Shown: piece after piece, positions 1 through 11,231 of the stretch
Layout of the letters: every line of letters begins with the position of its first letter
Position numbering within the stretch: position 1 is the stretch's first letter
Assembly (NCBI GenBank): GCA_046563655.1
Contig: CM102288.1
Span: forward strand, 6,510,001 to 6,569,328
From: Yuukianura sp. NJ FZ-2021
Lineage: Eukaryota
DNA: 59,328 nt
Direction: 5' to 3'
Notes under the pieces: generated by a model
What the model was told of the DNA's origin: nothing
What the model saw: the letters and a program-made list of their open reading frames with translations, nothing else
Database searches by the model: none
Made by a program: the position numbers and the translations under genes

Positions 1-947
1 ACCAAGTTTTCGAGATGACTCATTCTCAGATGAGGCGATCTCCCTCCACTACGTATAAAATGCGTAGGTACATTATGTGCGGTTGACGTCAATTAAAACC
101 GCGATTCCAGTGGTTTACAAACGAATTGAAGGGCACCGTTAACTATACTTTACGTTGGATATGCAACTAATTACGTAATTAATTAGTTAATTACGTGATT
201 AATTGTTGCAAATAGCATGAAAAGTGTTTTATTTTTTATGTAAACATATGTAATAAGAAAGATGCGTCTGTCTGTGTCGAATTTTTGAAGGTGCGAATCT
301 CGACGTGTCTCCCTCTCTTTTATTCACAGGATTATCCTCCCTTGTCATTGGTCATTGGCTCAAGGCGCAACTTTCCATTTCTTTGAACCGCAGGGAGTAA
401 CTACACTCTTCAAATTCTTCCTTACTTTTACTCTTGCGTCAGCTGTAAGCAGTTAACTAACTAGGTTCTAAGTTAAATTATTTAGTAGGAGTTACCTGGC
501 ACTCAAAACACTTCGTCAATGGCGATTCTGGACGACGTTCTTTTGATTGGGTCAGAAAAGGGCTTATAAACGTTACGACACAATCAACTTCTCTCCAGTA
601 AGGCTTTCAATGTTCAATGGTCCATTTAACTTAACTAATTAGTAATTAACAGATTAGCCTAACTCACTATGCATTCGTACACTAATTGAGGCAGTAGTTG
701 AACTTATTAACGACAACAAAACGTTTCCTGGATCTGGATCCACGTCTAGAGATCCATTAGCCCCTTATGTCTTACCTCCTCCCGGGATATGCTATGCTCA
801 TGTTGCCGGAACTTCTGGAAAGTTCTCTTATCGTTTTCTAGTGGCGCCAAAAGTTTGAATTTACAAATCAGCTGTTTCGAACTTAAATTAATTACTAATT
901 GACTTGTGTTTTTGTTAATTGCAGAAAGGAGGGAATTCGATAGAGAG

Positions 948-2190
948 ATGCAAATTCTACGGTTTCTGCACAGGGGGAGAGTTTTCCAGTTTCCAGTCGT
1001 AGAAAAAAGTATCCTGGCTAAACTGCGCAAGTCCACTGGCTACTCTTTCTCCAAGTGCAAGGAAGCTCTCCAGAAACATGAAAACGATCTAAAACAAGTA
1101 ATCTCTTCAATTAACTTTCCAAAGTAATTAGTTAATTCACTAATTTTAGTAAACTAAACTCACTTTTTGATTGTTTAGGCTGAACAGTGGCTCAAAGCCC
1201 AGGCTCAAGCACACGGTTGGGAGAAGGCGACGAAACTGCAAGGAAGATCCACAGTGCAGGGCCTCGTCTCCATTTTATCTACTCCATCCGACACGGTCAT
1301 CCTGGAGGTCAACTGTGAAACTGACTTTGTTGCAAGGAACAAACGATTCCAAGGGCTCGTCCAGAAAATCACTCAAGGATGCTACCAGTTCACCACCGAA
1401 CAACATTCTGGAGCAATCTTAACCAAGGTACAAAACTTCCTAACAAACTCTTACTAAACTGATGATTCAATTAACTTATAGGATGCTAAACATGACTATT
1501 TTTTATAGCTTCCGTTGACTGGTGATGAGATTGGGAACCTTCCCCTTGGGGAGCGGCCAATCAAGGACGAAGTTGCTTTGGGAATTGGTGACCTTGGAGA
1601 GAACATCAAAACTCGGAGAGGAGTTTGTGTGCACACGGATGGTTCAGTTCTGCTAGCTGGCTACACTCACCCAACACCGGAGGCGCCACTGGGCCAGGAA
1701 ACTGTTCAGTTTGGGAAATACGGAGCAGTCGTCGCTCTGCGTCCAACGGGAGGGGTTTTGAACGACGCTTCCAAGAAATCACTCAGTCTCATCGGTCGGC
1801 AACTCTGTCAACACATCGTGGGTAAGTTCACTTTTCAAAATTTACATTTGCTAAAAAGTATATATGACTTAAAATGTGATCATTTCAGGTATGAATCCAA
1901 AGGAAATTGGTTCTCTAGATGACCCGCCTCCGAAAAGACCTGAAGCGGAGCCAGATCGGCATGAATCGACAGTTGCAGAAACAGGAACTTCTGGAATTGA
2001 AAGCGGACAATTGGAAGGAGAAGGTCAAAGGTCATGTTCAGACGTTGACGAAGAAGTTTTAGTGAACCAGGACTTTCTGCTGGATGCTGACATGACTGTT
2101 CGTGACTTTCTGCTCCAGAACTCAGTGGAGATCCTTGATTTTGTACGTTTTGAATGTGGAGAAAACATAGAACCCACCTACTGTCAATAA
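948..2190 (+). CDS. TSFM: Mitochondrial elongation factor Ts (4 exons: 948-1097, 1179-1427, 1509-1821, 1889-2190)
   Basis: LAKLRKSTGYSFSKCKEAL (EF-Ts N-terminal domain), EVNCETDFVARN signature, IGRQLCQHIVG|MNP, DFVRFECGE; GT-AG introns join in frame. Confidence 0.95.
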
Positions 2191-2606
2191 AGTCCAACCA
2201 AAATTAAAAGTATTTCCAGCCTTTACAATTGCACACTTTTTTTACGGTTTCACATTTTTTAACGATTGCAGTTTTTTTTTGGAAGCATAAAAGGGCCACT
2301 AGTACATTTTAAATTGGAAACTCTCAAATTGCATTTAAGATTCTCAAATTAGACTTGGAATTTTGAAATTAGAATAAAAATTACAGCTTTCTGCGGAGAA
2401 AAGAGATGAAAGGCTTAGAGAAAGTTTGAATATGCGTGAGAAAGCCCACCCCTACGCGGAGGCGTGGCTAGAAAACTGTGTTTTGATTGGTGAAAATGAA
2501 GTGTAGCTCCGCCCCTTCCGTGCAGTCCCCTACTTGAAGTGATTTCTCGTGGTGAAAGTCCATTCCCTGTTCGTTTCAGTGTGAAAGTTGTGTTTGTGGG
2601 TGTACA

Positions 2607-3338
2607 ATGTCCTTCAATTCCACTCCACCAAATGTACCTTCCTCCCCGTTCTTCAGTGACTCAATTTCAGCCACTGGCAACATGAGATTCGAAAGTGAAA
2701 GCAGCGGAAGTGGCGACGACGGTCAGGAAATCAGGGCATTTGTTGGTCAGTACAAAGTCACAGATTTAGATATTTAGTAAAGCAAATTCACATATTTTTG
2801 TAAAAAGTAATAGTTTTTTTTTTTTTTTTTTTTTTAAGTAATAGTATTTTTTAGTAAAAATAATTATTTCGCGAACGTGAAATGGAAAATTAGCGTCCAG
2901 TTTGAACCGGGCTTAACGTTACGTCCAGTCTTGTGGCATCCTGGCATTAAATCACGTCAATTGAAAATATTTAGCGCCTATAATTTCATTTTAGCATTTC
3001 AGCGATTTCATTTGGGCGGCAGCGATTTCAGCATTACCGTTCCAGTTGTGGAGCCTTTTTGTGGAGTAGTACTTAAAGTTTAAAATTGCGTAGGTGTTGG
3101 AGAGGTGAAGGAGCACTTGAGTCGCGAGGAACGACGACGCAGACGCAGAGCCACTCCAAAGTACCGGTCTGCCCATGCCTCCAGGGAACGCGTGCGTGTA
3201 GAAGCCTTCAACTCTGCATTCTCCGAACTCCGATCTCTCCTGCCCACTCTGCCTCCGGACAAACGATTGTCCAAAATAGAAATTCTGCGACTGGCGATCT
3301 GCTACATCGCCTACCTCAACCACGTTCTCCAAAGATGA
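2607..3338 (+). CDS. HLH4C: NSCL/HEN-class bHLH transcription factor (HLH4C/NHLH-like); exons 2607-2745 and 3094-3338
   Basis: RRRRRATPKYRSAHASRERVRVEAFNSAFSELRSLLPTLPPDKRLSKIEILRLAICYIAYLNHVL is the NHLH1/2 bHLH; the upstream exon joins in phase 1 (N-terminal exon less certain). Confidence 0.9.
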
Positions 3339-4637
3339 ACCAATTTCTGCATCATACTGCACAATCACAACCAGTTCTCCAGAGGATTTCAATTAAGTTA
3401 CACTCCTAACTTTATTCAAACACTAACAAATTCATTACTGTAACCATAAGTTTACATTCTGCATTTAAGTTTGTCGTCTTTGTAGAAACCTAAAAGTCTA
3501 AGAATTTGAAGAAAAAAAAATTGTACTGAATAGTTAGTCTTTGGAATCCTTAAGTTAATTGCTGGTATGGGTGCTGAAGTACCTCTGAGATCAGTTTTCA
3601 GAAAAAGTTTCTTGAAATAATTTTTTTTTCGAAATGAAATTTAGAAATTGTGATGAGTGAAATGGTTTTTGAAAAGACTGTCTGCGGAACATTGTGATTG
3701 AGCAAGTAATTGGACAGAGACAATTAGCGTAGAAGCGACAAAGTGTCAAGGGACACGTTCTGCTAAGGGAGGGAGATTACGGGAGGGGATTTGGACAAAA
3801 TTGAAAAATGGAAATGATCAAACAAGTGTCCAAATTATACTCACACAAACACACTTACCACAAAACACTCTTCAAAATGTTTAAATTTAAAAACGTTTTG
3901 AAAGTTTAAGACAAAACGTGGGATTGTCGTAATTTGGGACATATTTAGAGGGAGAAGGGAGGGTGGAAGTGTGTGGAGAGAAAGTGAGTGAGAGTCCCTT
4001 GGGAGAAGAGTGAAAGTGCCCCAGAGTCAAAGAGAGAATTCCTCCGGAGAAAGAGGGAGCAGGTGGCTTTGGAGGACTTTAATCCATTCCGATTGCCCCA
4101 CCACACACACCCACCTGCCCCACCCTCCCAATTAAACAGCCCCACCAACGCATTTCTCACTGTCAGCTTCCCAATCAACCCAGCAGTCGCGGCATTTTAA
4201 AACTTTACACAACGAATTAATGTCAGTTTTCAAAAATTCAATTAAAGTAAAAGACAAATAAGAGCGGGACACCCGCTACATTCATACAGTTGGACAATGG
4301 ACTAAAGTTTTATTACTTTTCAAACCCATTTACTAAATTCCAAAAAACTCATTTACAAAAATGAAATATAAAAACTTGAACTTTGGTTTAGTCGTAAGTT
4401 AAGCTGGAAATTGCGACAAAAGAAGGAAACCACAATTCATTTCGAACGAAACGGAAACCATAGTGGTGACGTCTTTTTTCCTCCAGTCTTCATAGACTCT
4501 CGCAGTTAAAAACGTCCAGACTAATCCATAAAATTCGTAAAATTTAAAAATCAGTGCACTAACGACTAACATCCAAATCCAAATTCATCCGAAGTTTGAG
4601 CCAAGGTCACAACTCACAAGGTCACGAAAACTCCATC

Positions 4638-5032
4638 ATGGGTCGCTGGCTGTCCACTCTCCTCATCTTCCTCGCATCTCTACTCCATCCTCAACGTAAG
4701 TCTGCTCAATCCTGTTTCCACAATTACAAAAATGTTCATTTCAAAATCAAAGTTCGATGGAAATAAATTCCAAAAAGCTTAAACTAAAATACCATTCTGC
4801 AGTGTCCTTGGTGAGCGGGAATTCCGTGCGGACGAAATGGAAGTTTGAAGTTCCGGAGCAGGGGCTGGAAGGGACTGATTTTGTGAAGACAAATCCAGAC
4901 CATGTTTCGAGCAGCGTCTTCGCAGCGATTGAAGGGAGGAGAGTGTTGGTGGAACGAAATGCCGCTCCAGGACTGGAACGCTCCTGCAACTGCTCAAAAG
5001 GCCATTGCTCATGCACTCTCAGAAGAACATGA
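4638..5032 (+). CDS. Orphan small secreted prepropeptide (about 95 aa) with C-terminal CxC-x4-CxC motif; exons 4638-4695, 4803-5032
   Basis: Signal-like MGRWLSTLLIFLASLLHPQLSLVSG; gtaagt...ctgcag phase-1 intron keeps frame; ends ERSCNCSKGHCSCTLRRT*; AATAAA near 5108. Confidence 0.65.
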
Positions 5033-5134
5033 TTCCAAATACTTAAGTCCAACTCTCCAGGTCTCCCTAAAACATTTACAAAAATAAGTTCCTGTGCTTT
5101 CCTGACAAATAAATCAACACTTCAATTTCCATTG

Positions 5135-5734
5135 ACTTACCATTTCAAGTTGAAGAGCTGTTCAATGCTTGGTTCTGTGGAGGACATTGACGTTGAGCAA
5201 CCGTCGTTAGGCGACATATTGATCACAAAAGGCAGCTGGAGAATCCAACAGCCAACGGTGAATTAATTAGGTTGTGATTAAAAAGTTAATCCTAATCCAG
5301 ATTAATCGGTTAACGCAATTAAACTTCCAAAAAGGACTGTCGTTGTCGTCCTCAGCTGTTAAAATAACAATTTCTAAAATTAACAATAATTTGTTTAAAA
5401 AAAACATTTGTATAAGTAACTGTGAAAGCTACGCACGCATTTGCGTCACCCAGTTAATGGAATCATAGTAAATGGGCATACATATACAAATAAAATAAAT
5501 AGCATTAAATATTAACTAAAATAATTATAAAACTATTAAAACCTTTTGCTCGGTAATTATTCTAGTTAAAATTAATTAACTTTCAATTGAATGTTAACGT
5601 CTGACTTAATTTTCTAGTATTTGTATTTTCTAAAAGTGCCCACATGCGAAGGCGGGAAGTGGTAAGGAGAAAGCATCTGTTTGTTGAGCCAAATAATTTT
5701 TCTGGAATTTAAAATTATGCAATTGCCGCCAATG
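5135..5734 (-). pseudogene. Duplicated relic of AUP1 exon 1 plus upstream region
   Basis: Colinear, diverged copy of 18523-19117 including ATG...MSPNDGCSTSMSSTEPSIEQLFNLK and the gtaagtc donor; no downstream AUP1 exons follow. Confidence 0.85.
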
Positions 5735-7210
5735 CACAGTGGTCGGATTCGAAGCAAACAGTTCGGTCGTCTTTTGTAACAAACTTTAATCACAAGGTTA
5801 CCGTTGACAACTGAGTCGGTTGAAAGAATAAACCAGTGAACACTGTACCCATTTACTTAATTGACGACCGGCCAGAACGACACAAAAGACAAAGAATAGT
5901 TTAAATTCACACCGAGTTTTCTTTTTGAAAGTAAGGATTTAGCGTGTCGAAAGTGGTGACGCTAAATCTCAATATAAAGTTCAGTTATGAATGCAAAATC
6001 ACAAATTCGCAAATTATGATTATTGCAACCAAGGAAATCAACAAGAATTTGGATGTACTTTGGATAAGCCTTGTGTCATAACTGAGCATTTCCGGGCGAT
6101 TCCGGCAAGAAAATGTCGAAGACTAAGCCTTCTAGAACGCTAATCACTATTGGGTTTGCCATTAGAGGATGAGGCATTTCGAGGCAAAAAATCAATCGGT
6201 ACATCAATTTTTGGGTCAAAATGACACATAGAGTTGTCAAGACGACGATTTTTCGTTTTTCTTTTAACTAGAGTGGACATGAGGCATTTTTTCAACAAAA
6301 TTTTTGAAGCAAATTAAAAGAGGTAAAAAAACCGATTTCACCTGAACTTTAAGCCCGGTTCTCACGACGAAATTCAAACGTTCTTTCAAACTTTCTCAAA
6401 TTGTTGATAAAAAAAAAGTTAAAAAGACAGTCAAATAATTTTTGACTTCGAAAGGGTGGATCTTTGGTTGGTGAATCGTGGAGCCAAATTAACTTCTTGC
6501 TAATTAACTTTACTGCAAGTGAGATTTGTAGAGAACGGTTGTGGCAGTACTTTAGATACTTTAGAAGGATATCCATAACTTCTGAGCTACAGCTGCTTGA
6601 ACACCCGTGTCAGGTCCATAGTTCCTAAATCACGGGAAAATGACCTGATTTCTGGTAATTTCTACCATTGATAGATACTTATTAGTAAGTAGATAGTAAC
6701 TTAGATGTAGATAGGTGGTTTAGATGTAATTAACTTAAGCATCAGTAATTTAATTAGAATTAGTAAATAGTAACTTCAATTTAACTTTTTGCAAAAGCAA
6801 TTTCAGCAGCAGAAGCAATTGTTGGGTTGCTGCCGCTGCCACCTCTTCTTGGCACACTACTAGTCACCATTTGTATTATGACAGATATGCGCGGATATTT
6901 TGTCTAAAAAAAGCTGTTTTTCGTATTTTTATTCATAATTTTAGAAATTTTGAAAACTGAAAATCTAAATTTCGTCGTTTGTGTGAATCGGGCTTAAAGT
7001 TCAGGTGAAATCGGTTTTTTACCTCTTTTAACCTCTTTTAATTTGCTTCAAAAATTTTGTTGAAAAAATGCCTCATGTCCACTCTAGTTAAAAGAAAAAA
7101 CGAAAAATCGTCGTCTTGACAACTCTATGAAATGACACTGATAAATTAGTTTGTTTACAAAATATATTTGATTCCCTGAGAACCAAACAATAAATAAAAC
7201 AACCACTGTG
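5735..7210. mobile_element. Non-autonomous Transib/RAG-superfamily-like DNA transposon (565 bp without the nested MITE)
   Basis: Inverted termini CACAGTGGT...ACCACTGTG; 5-bp TSD CAATG (5730-5734, 7211-7215); the paralogous locus near 19110-19120 reads gcc-CAATG-ctt, the empty site. Confidence 0.8.
6227..7129. mobile_element. MITE with about 130-bp TIRs and 8-bp TSD (P-element- or hAT-type)
   Basis: TIRs 6227-6357 and 6989-7129 beginning CATAGAGTTGTCAAGACGACG; TSD AAATGACA at 6219-6226 and 7130-7137; no transposase ORF. Confidence 0.9.
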
Positions 7211-7949
7211 CAATGCTTCAACAAGCGTCCTTTCTTCCTTATGAGCACCAAACTAATTTCTGAGTTTCGGTGGAGAAAGTTCTTTCGTCAATTGGAAAGT
7301 TGTGCAAACTACTCGCCCTTTAACGATTAATTTGAAGCTGAAATGGCGACTAAAAGGGCTGAAACAATTTTCACGAGTATATTTCTGGTCACTTCACCAG
7401 ATGAAACACTGACTTCAACATTAATTCCTTGTATTCGCTTAAAAAACTCCATTTTCAAAACTAGAACCAAAACCACAAAGAAAGTAGTGAAAAGAATTGA
7501 GAGAAAGTGGAATTGGAAAGATTTTGAACTTTGACTTTGATTAAACAAACGAGCATGCAAGTAGAACTTGCGTTTTTAGAGTAGACGAAGCCAAAACTGA
7601 AAATAAAGTGAAGTCAACTCAAACAGAGTCTCCCTGTTCTCACGAACTTTTTCCGTTTTTACACTCAAAAAATTGAAACTTTCCTTACGTAATGATGTCG
7701 GAAGAGCATCGCAAATTACTTCTTACATAAGAAAATTGTTACAACTGCCAAAAAACAACAGTTTCAGCATTAATTGGCTTTTTCAGCCGTGTTTCGGTTA
7801 AATACCACTAAAAATGCATTTTTTTAAAATTTCATAAGAAAAGGATAAAGAAAGTTTGGAAAAAAGAAGCAGAAAAAGTGGAAACAAAAAGTTTTTAGAA
7901 CTTTTACTTCTGAGGAACTTTCTCCGTTTTTCCACACAAAAAGTTTGCA

Positions 7950-8400
7950 TTTTAGGGGTTTGGAGTTGGGATGGTCCCCACATGTATTTTTTCCATTGCC
8001 ACCCACTCTCTCCCCCAACATCCAACTCCAAAAGAGTAAAACACAGCTTCATCCTACTCCTTTCGTCTCGCATATAAAAGGGAAGCTCAACAAATTTTTA
8101 TCATTCACTTTTCTGATCTCGTATGAGAGAGGAGAGTAGAGGAGACGCAGTTTCCTTATGTAAACAAACATCGTCTGCTTCTTCTTCACTTCTTTTTAAT
8201 TGCCATCTCTAATTAACTCTTCTTTTAGTAATTAATCGATTGAAACGATTCAAAAAATAAATTTTGAATTTGCGAAAAGATGCTTTGGGGGTTTGGAGTT
8301 GGGATGGTCCCCACATACATTTGTGCCATTGCCACCTCACGCACTCCCCCAACATCCAACTCCAAAAGAGTAAAATTCTGCCTGATTCTACTCCTTGGAG
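7950..8400 (+). repeat. Two diverged direct repeats of about 110 bp (about 7950-8060 and 8285-8400)
   Basis: Shared ggggtttggagttgggatggtccccacat...tcccccaacatccaactccaaaagagtaaaa with internal inverted arms (ttggagttgg / ccaactccaa). Confidence 0.8.
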
Positions 8401-8530
8401 AGTAGGATTGAGGTGATTTTGGTTTGTGTCTCCTTTTATATGGGACCAAGACGAGCACCAACTAGATTCAAGTGCGGACCTCCGGTGTAACAAAAATCCT
8501 CCGCAACTTGGTTTCAGTGATTTTGTCTCA

Positions 8531-8910
8531 CGTTCAGAGTTTCATTGGAGGCTAATTCTCCGAAAACAAGAGAAACTACTGCCTTCTTATCTTAGCATTA
8601 GACGCAGCTGAGTTTTGAACTTGAGATAAAGTCCGCCAAATTTTTTGAAAAATTCAATTAATTAAAATAAAAACAAAAAGCGAACATGAAAACAACGTCA
8701 GAAAGAACTGACCAACTGACTCATTTATCACAGCATCTGGTGAAGATCAAAACTTCAAAACTAATTAGAATTCTAATTTACTAATTAACAGCTGCAGACA
8801 CTAATCACTCCTCATTTATTTCAACTCCAACTTCTAGAGACTACGTTCCAAATCTTCAAGCATCTTCAAATCGTGTAGTGAACAGCACAAAGGATTCATA
8901 GCTGTACGCC
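8531..8910 (+). pseudogene. Duplicated relic of the TECPR1 5' region and first codons
   Basis: Matches 27880-27940 plus 28190-28480; start codon reads GTG instead of ATG (gtg aac agc aca aag gat tca TAG), with a premature stop. Confidence 0.85.
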
Positions 8911-9116
8911 CGTCCAGTTCTATGGGATGCCCCAGCTCTAGTTCAACATTGACCAAATGTAGTAAAATCAATTAATTAAAAATGAAGCACTGTAGCTCGT
9001 GTAAGGTTTATTCGAAATCCGCGCGATTTCTACGTTGCGAATATGCTGGATGCTTGGAATTAGAGTTGAACGTCAAGTATTTTGTAATTTGTTCCGTTCC
9101 GAATTAAGTTAGTTAG

Positions 9117-10522
9117 TTAAGTTCCGAATGCGACTAAGAGAATGATGATGAGGATGGTTAGGAAGACAGAGGAGACGAGGAAGACGCATTTCCTGTTCCT
9201 CTTCTGGTAAGTGGATGCTTTCTGGAGATGCTTGACCCCTTCCTGCACCTTGACATGTGTGTTCTCTACGTTGTAGTCAATTCGATCCACCATTCCACCC
9301 TGCTCCACCACCATTGACCCCAGCTCTCGGAAGATGGAGTTCAAGTCCAGAATGGACTTCACGATCTGCTCAACCTCCTTCTCCCGCACGATAAGGTGAG
9401 AATTGTCCTCCTCCAGCTCCATCAGTTGTTGTTGAGTCCACTGACCATTTACGTTCCGAGAGTACTAACAAAAAAGTCAAGTTTCAAACGGCGGGAACTT
9501 TGAAATTTGAATTTGAAAATCAAGGATATCGACATTACCTTTGTGTTCAAAAACTCTTGGTCGTAGTCATAACCTACTGCTGCAGACTCCTCTTGACCAC
9601 TGGAAATGTCCAGGTCAAAGATTTGTTCCCTCACCGTGATTCCTAAAAACGACAGAGAAACGTTTTTAATGAAATTTAAACACAGTGGAAATCAAGTACC
9701 GTAAACTTCTAACAAAAGCCCGGGTTTCTATGTACTTTTCTCGCCCCAGTCCCGATTTTTATTAGGGCCCGGCTATTATTATAAGTTTACGGTAACTTTG
9801 GTGGACTTACGTCGTAAGTATTGGCCTTGACTAGATCTGAAGGTATGTGATAAATTTTGTAGAGAGGAGACGGTAGACTTGACCACATTCTCTGCCAACC
9901 GCCGCTCGCTCCAGTTGGATCGAAGTCCCTTGGACTGGATCTGCTGAACCAGACGATGAGAAGAGGCAAAGATCTGAAATCATCAATCATCAAAAACAGA
10001 AGTTAACCTTTGACCTCGACTTGGCATTGTCATTAGTTGGATCCTGAATCCAGGTATTACCTTGGTAATGTTCTGAGTGAGTTCTTCTATCCTACGTTTC
10101 GTTGCTTCGTCATCTCCTTCGTCCAGAGAGGGTCGTTGGACATGATTGTTTTGGAGTCTCTCTACTTCTGCTATTTCCCTTGCAATTATCTTCATATTGT
10201 CCTGAACTAGGGAGAGGTCAACCATCCACGCAGGTCGAGAGGTCACACGACTCTCCATGTCACCCAACTCAACATCTTCCTCTACAATCAGCGCCTTCTT
10301 CTGAATCAATGCCACTCTGTCCGAAGCCAGTTCAGATACCTTAAAATGGAAAGGAATATTAGAAGCACTGGCAGCAATGTTACAGAAATACTGGCAGTCA
10401 GAAGTTGAAGAACTGCTGGATTGGATGTTGTTTGTCGTTACCTGATCGTTGTACCATTGTCTACTCTGAATGGAGTTGTTCCGCATCAACACAAAGTCAT
10501 CCATTAAGTTCCGTGACACCAT
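9117..10522 (-). CDS. STX16: Syntaxin-16 (Qa-SNARE), about 5 coding exons
   Basis: N-peptide MVSRNLMDDFVLMRNN; Habc region QNLSHTFRSSQGQYLR; SNARE motif REKEVEQIVKSILDLNSIFRELGSMVVEQGGMVDRIDYNVE; C-terminal TM helix. Confidence 0.93.
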
Positions 10523-10928
10523 GTTGAATTCCGGTTATGATGCAACCTAAACATTAATTAAAGTTGATATAGTCAGTAAATCAAGAGTTAATTAAGAAAC
10601 AACTACCTAAATTAAGTACCCACCTCCACGTATCCCGTACTGTGACGGAGACTGGAGTCTTCTCCTGAGATCACTGTCTATAGTACCTTTAGTCACAGCT
10701 ACATCCAACTTAGGGTCAATTAATCGATTAATCCCTAATTTCCGTCGATTACTTTGTGTTAACTCAATCAGTTGCAATTAAAGAGAGACTTGCTAAAAAA
10801 GAATTACAGCGAAACGGACAGCTGTTTGGAATTGACGAGGGATTGATTGAGGTAATTTTTAGATTCGGGAGCGGACCTAAAAGCTAACAAAAAATTCCGC
10901 CACTTGTTTTTAAATGCTTTTATCTCAA

Positions 10929-11160
10929 GTTCAGAGTTTCATTGGAGGCTAATTCTCCGAAAAAAAGGGAAACTGCGAACATGGTTATCTGAGCATTAGA
11001 CAAATTCTGACTTGAAATTGAGACAAAAGTCCGCCAAATTTTTTGAAAAATTCAAAAGTTAAAATCAAAACAAACAGCATATGGCATAAATGAAAACTAT
11101 TAAGCATATGGTGAAGATCAACAACTAATGAGTATCTTAATTTACTAATTAACAACTGCA
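10929..11160 (+). repeat. Third partial copy of the TECPR1 upstream segment
   Basis: ttcagagtttcattggaggctaattctcc...gtccgccaaattttttgaaaaattca...taacaactgca shared with 8531-8800 and 27880-28372. Confidence 0.8.
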
Positions 11161-11231
11161 ACTTTTATTGACAACTGAGCAGCAGCAATGGAAAGGATAT
11201 GCTGGATGCTGGGATGTGCTGGAAGTACTGG

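Noticed and set aside
1..625. Possible divergent - strand gene upstream of EF-Ts (donor near 494, acceptor near 443)
   Set aside because: No recognisable coding frame within the window; may be UTR exons but cannot be supported.
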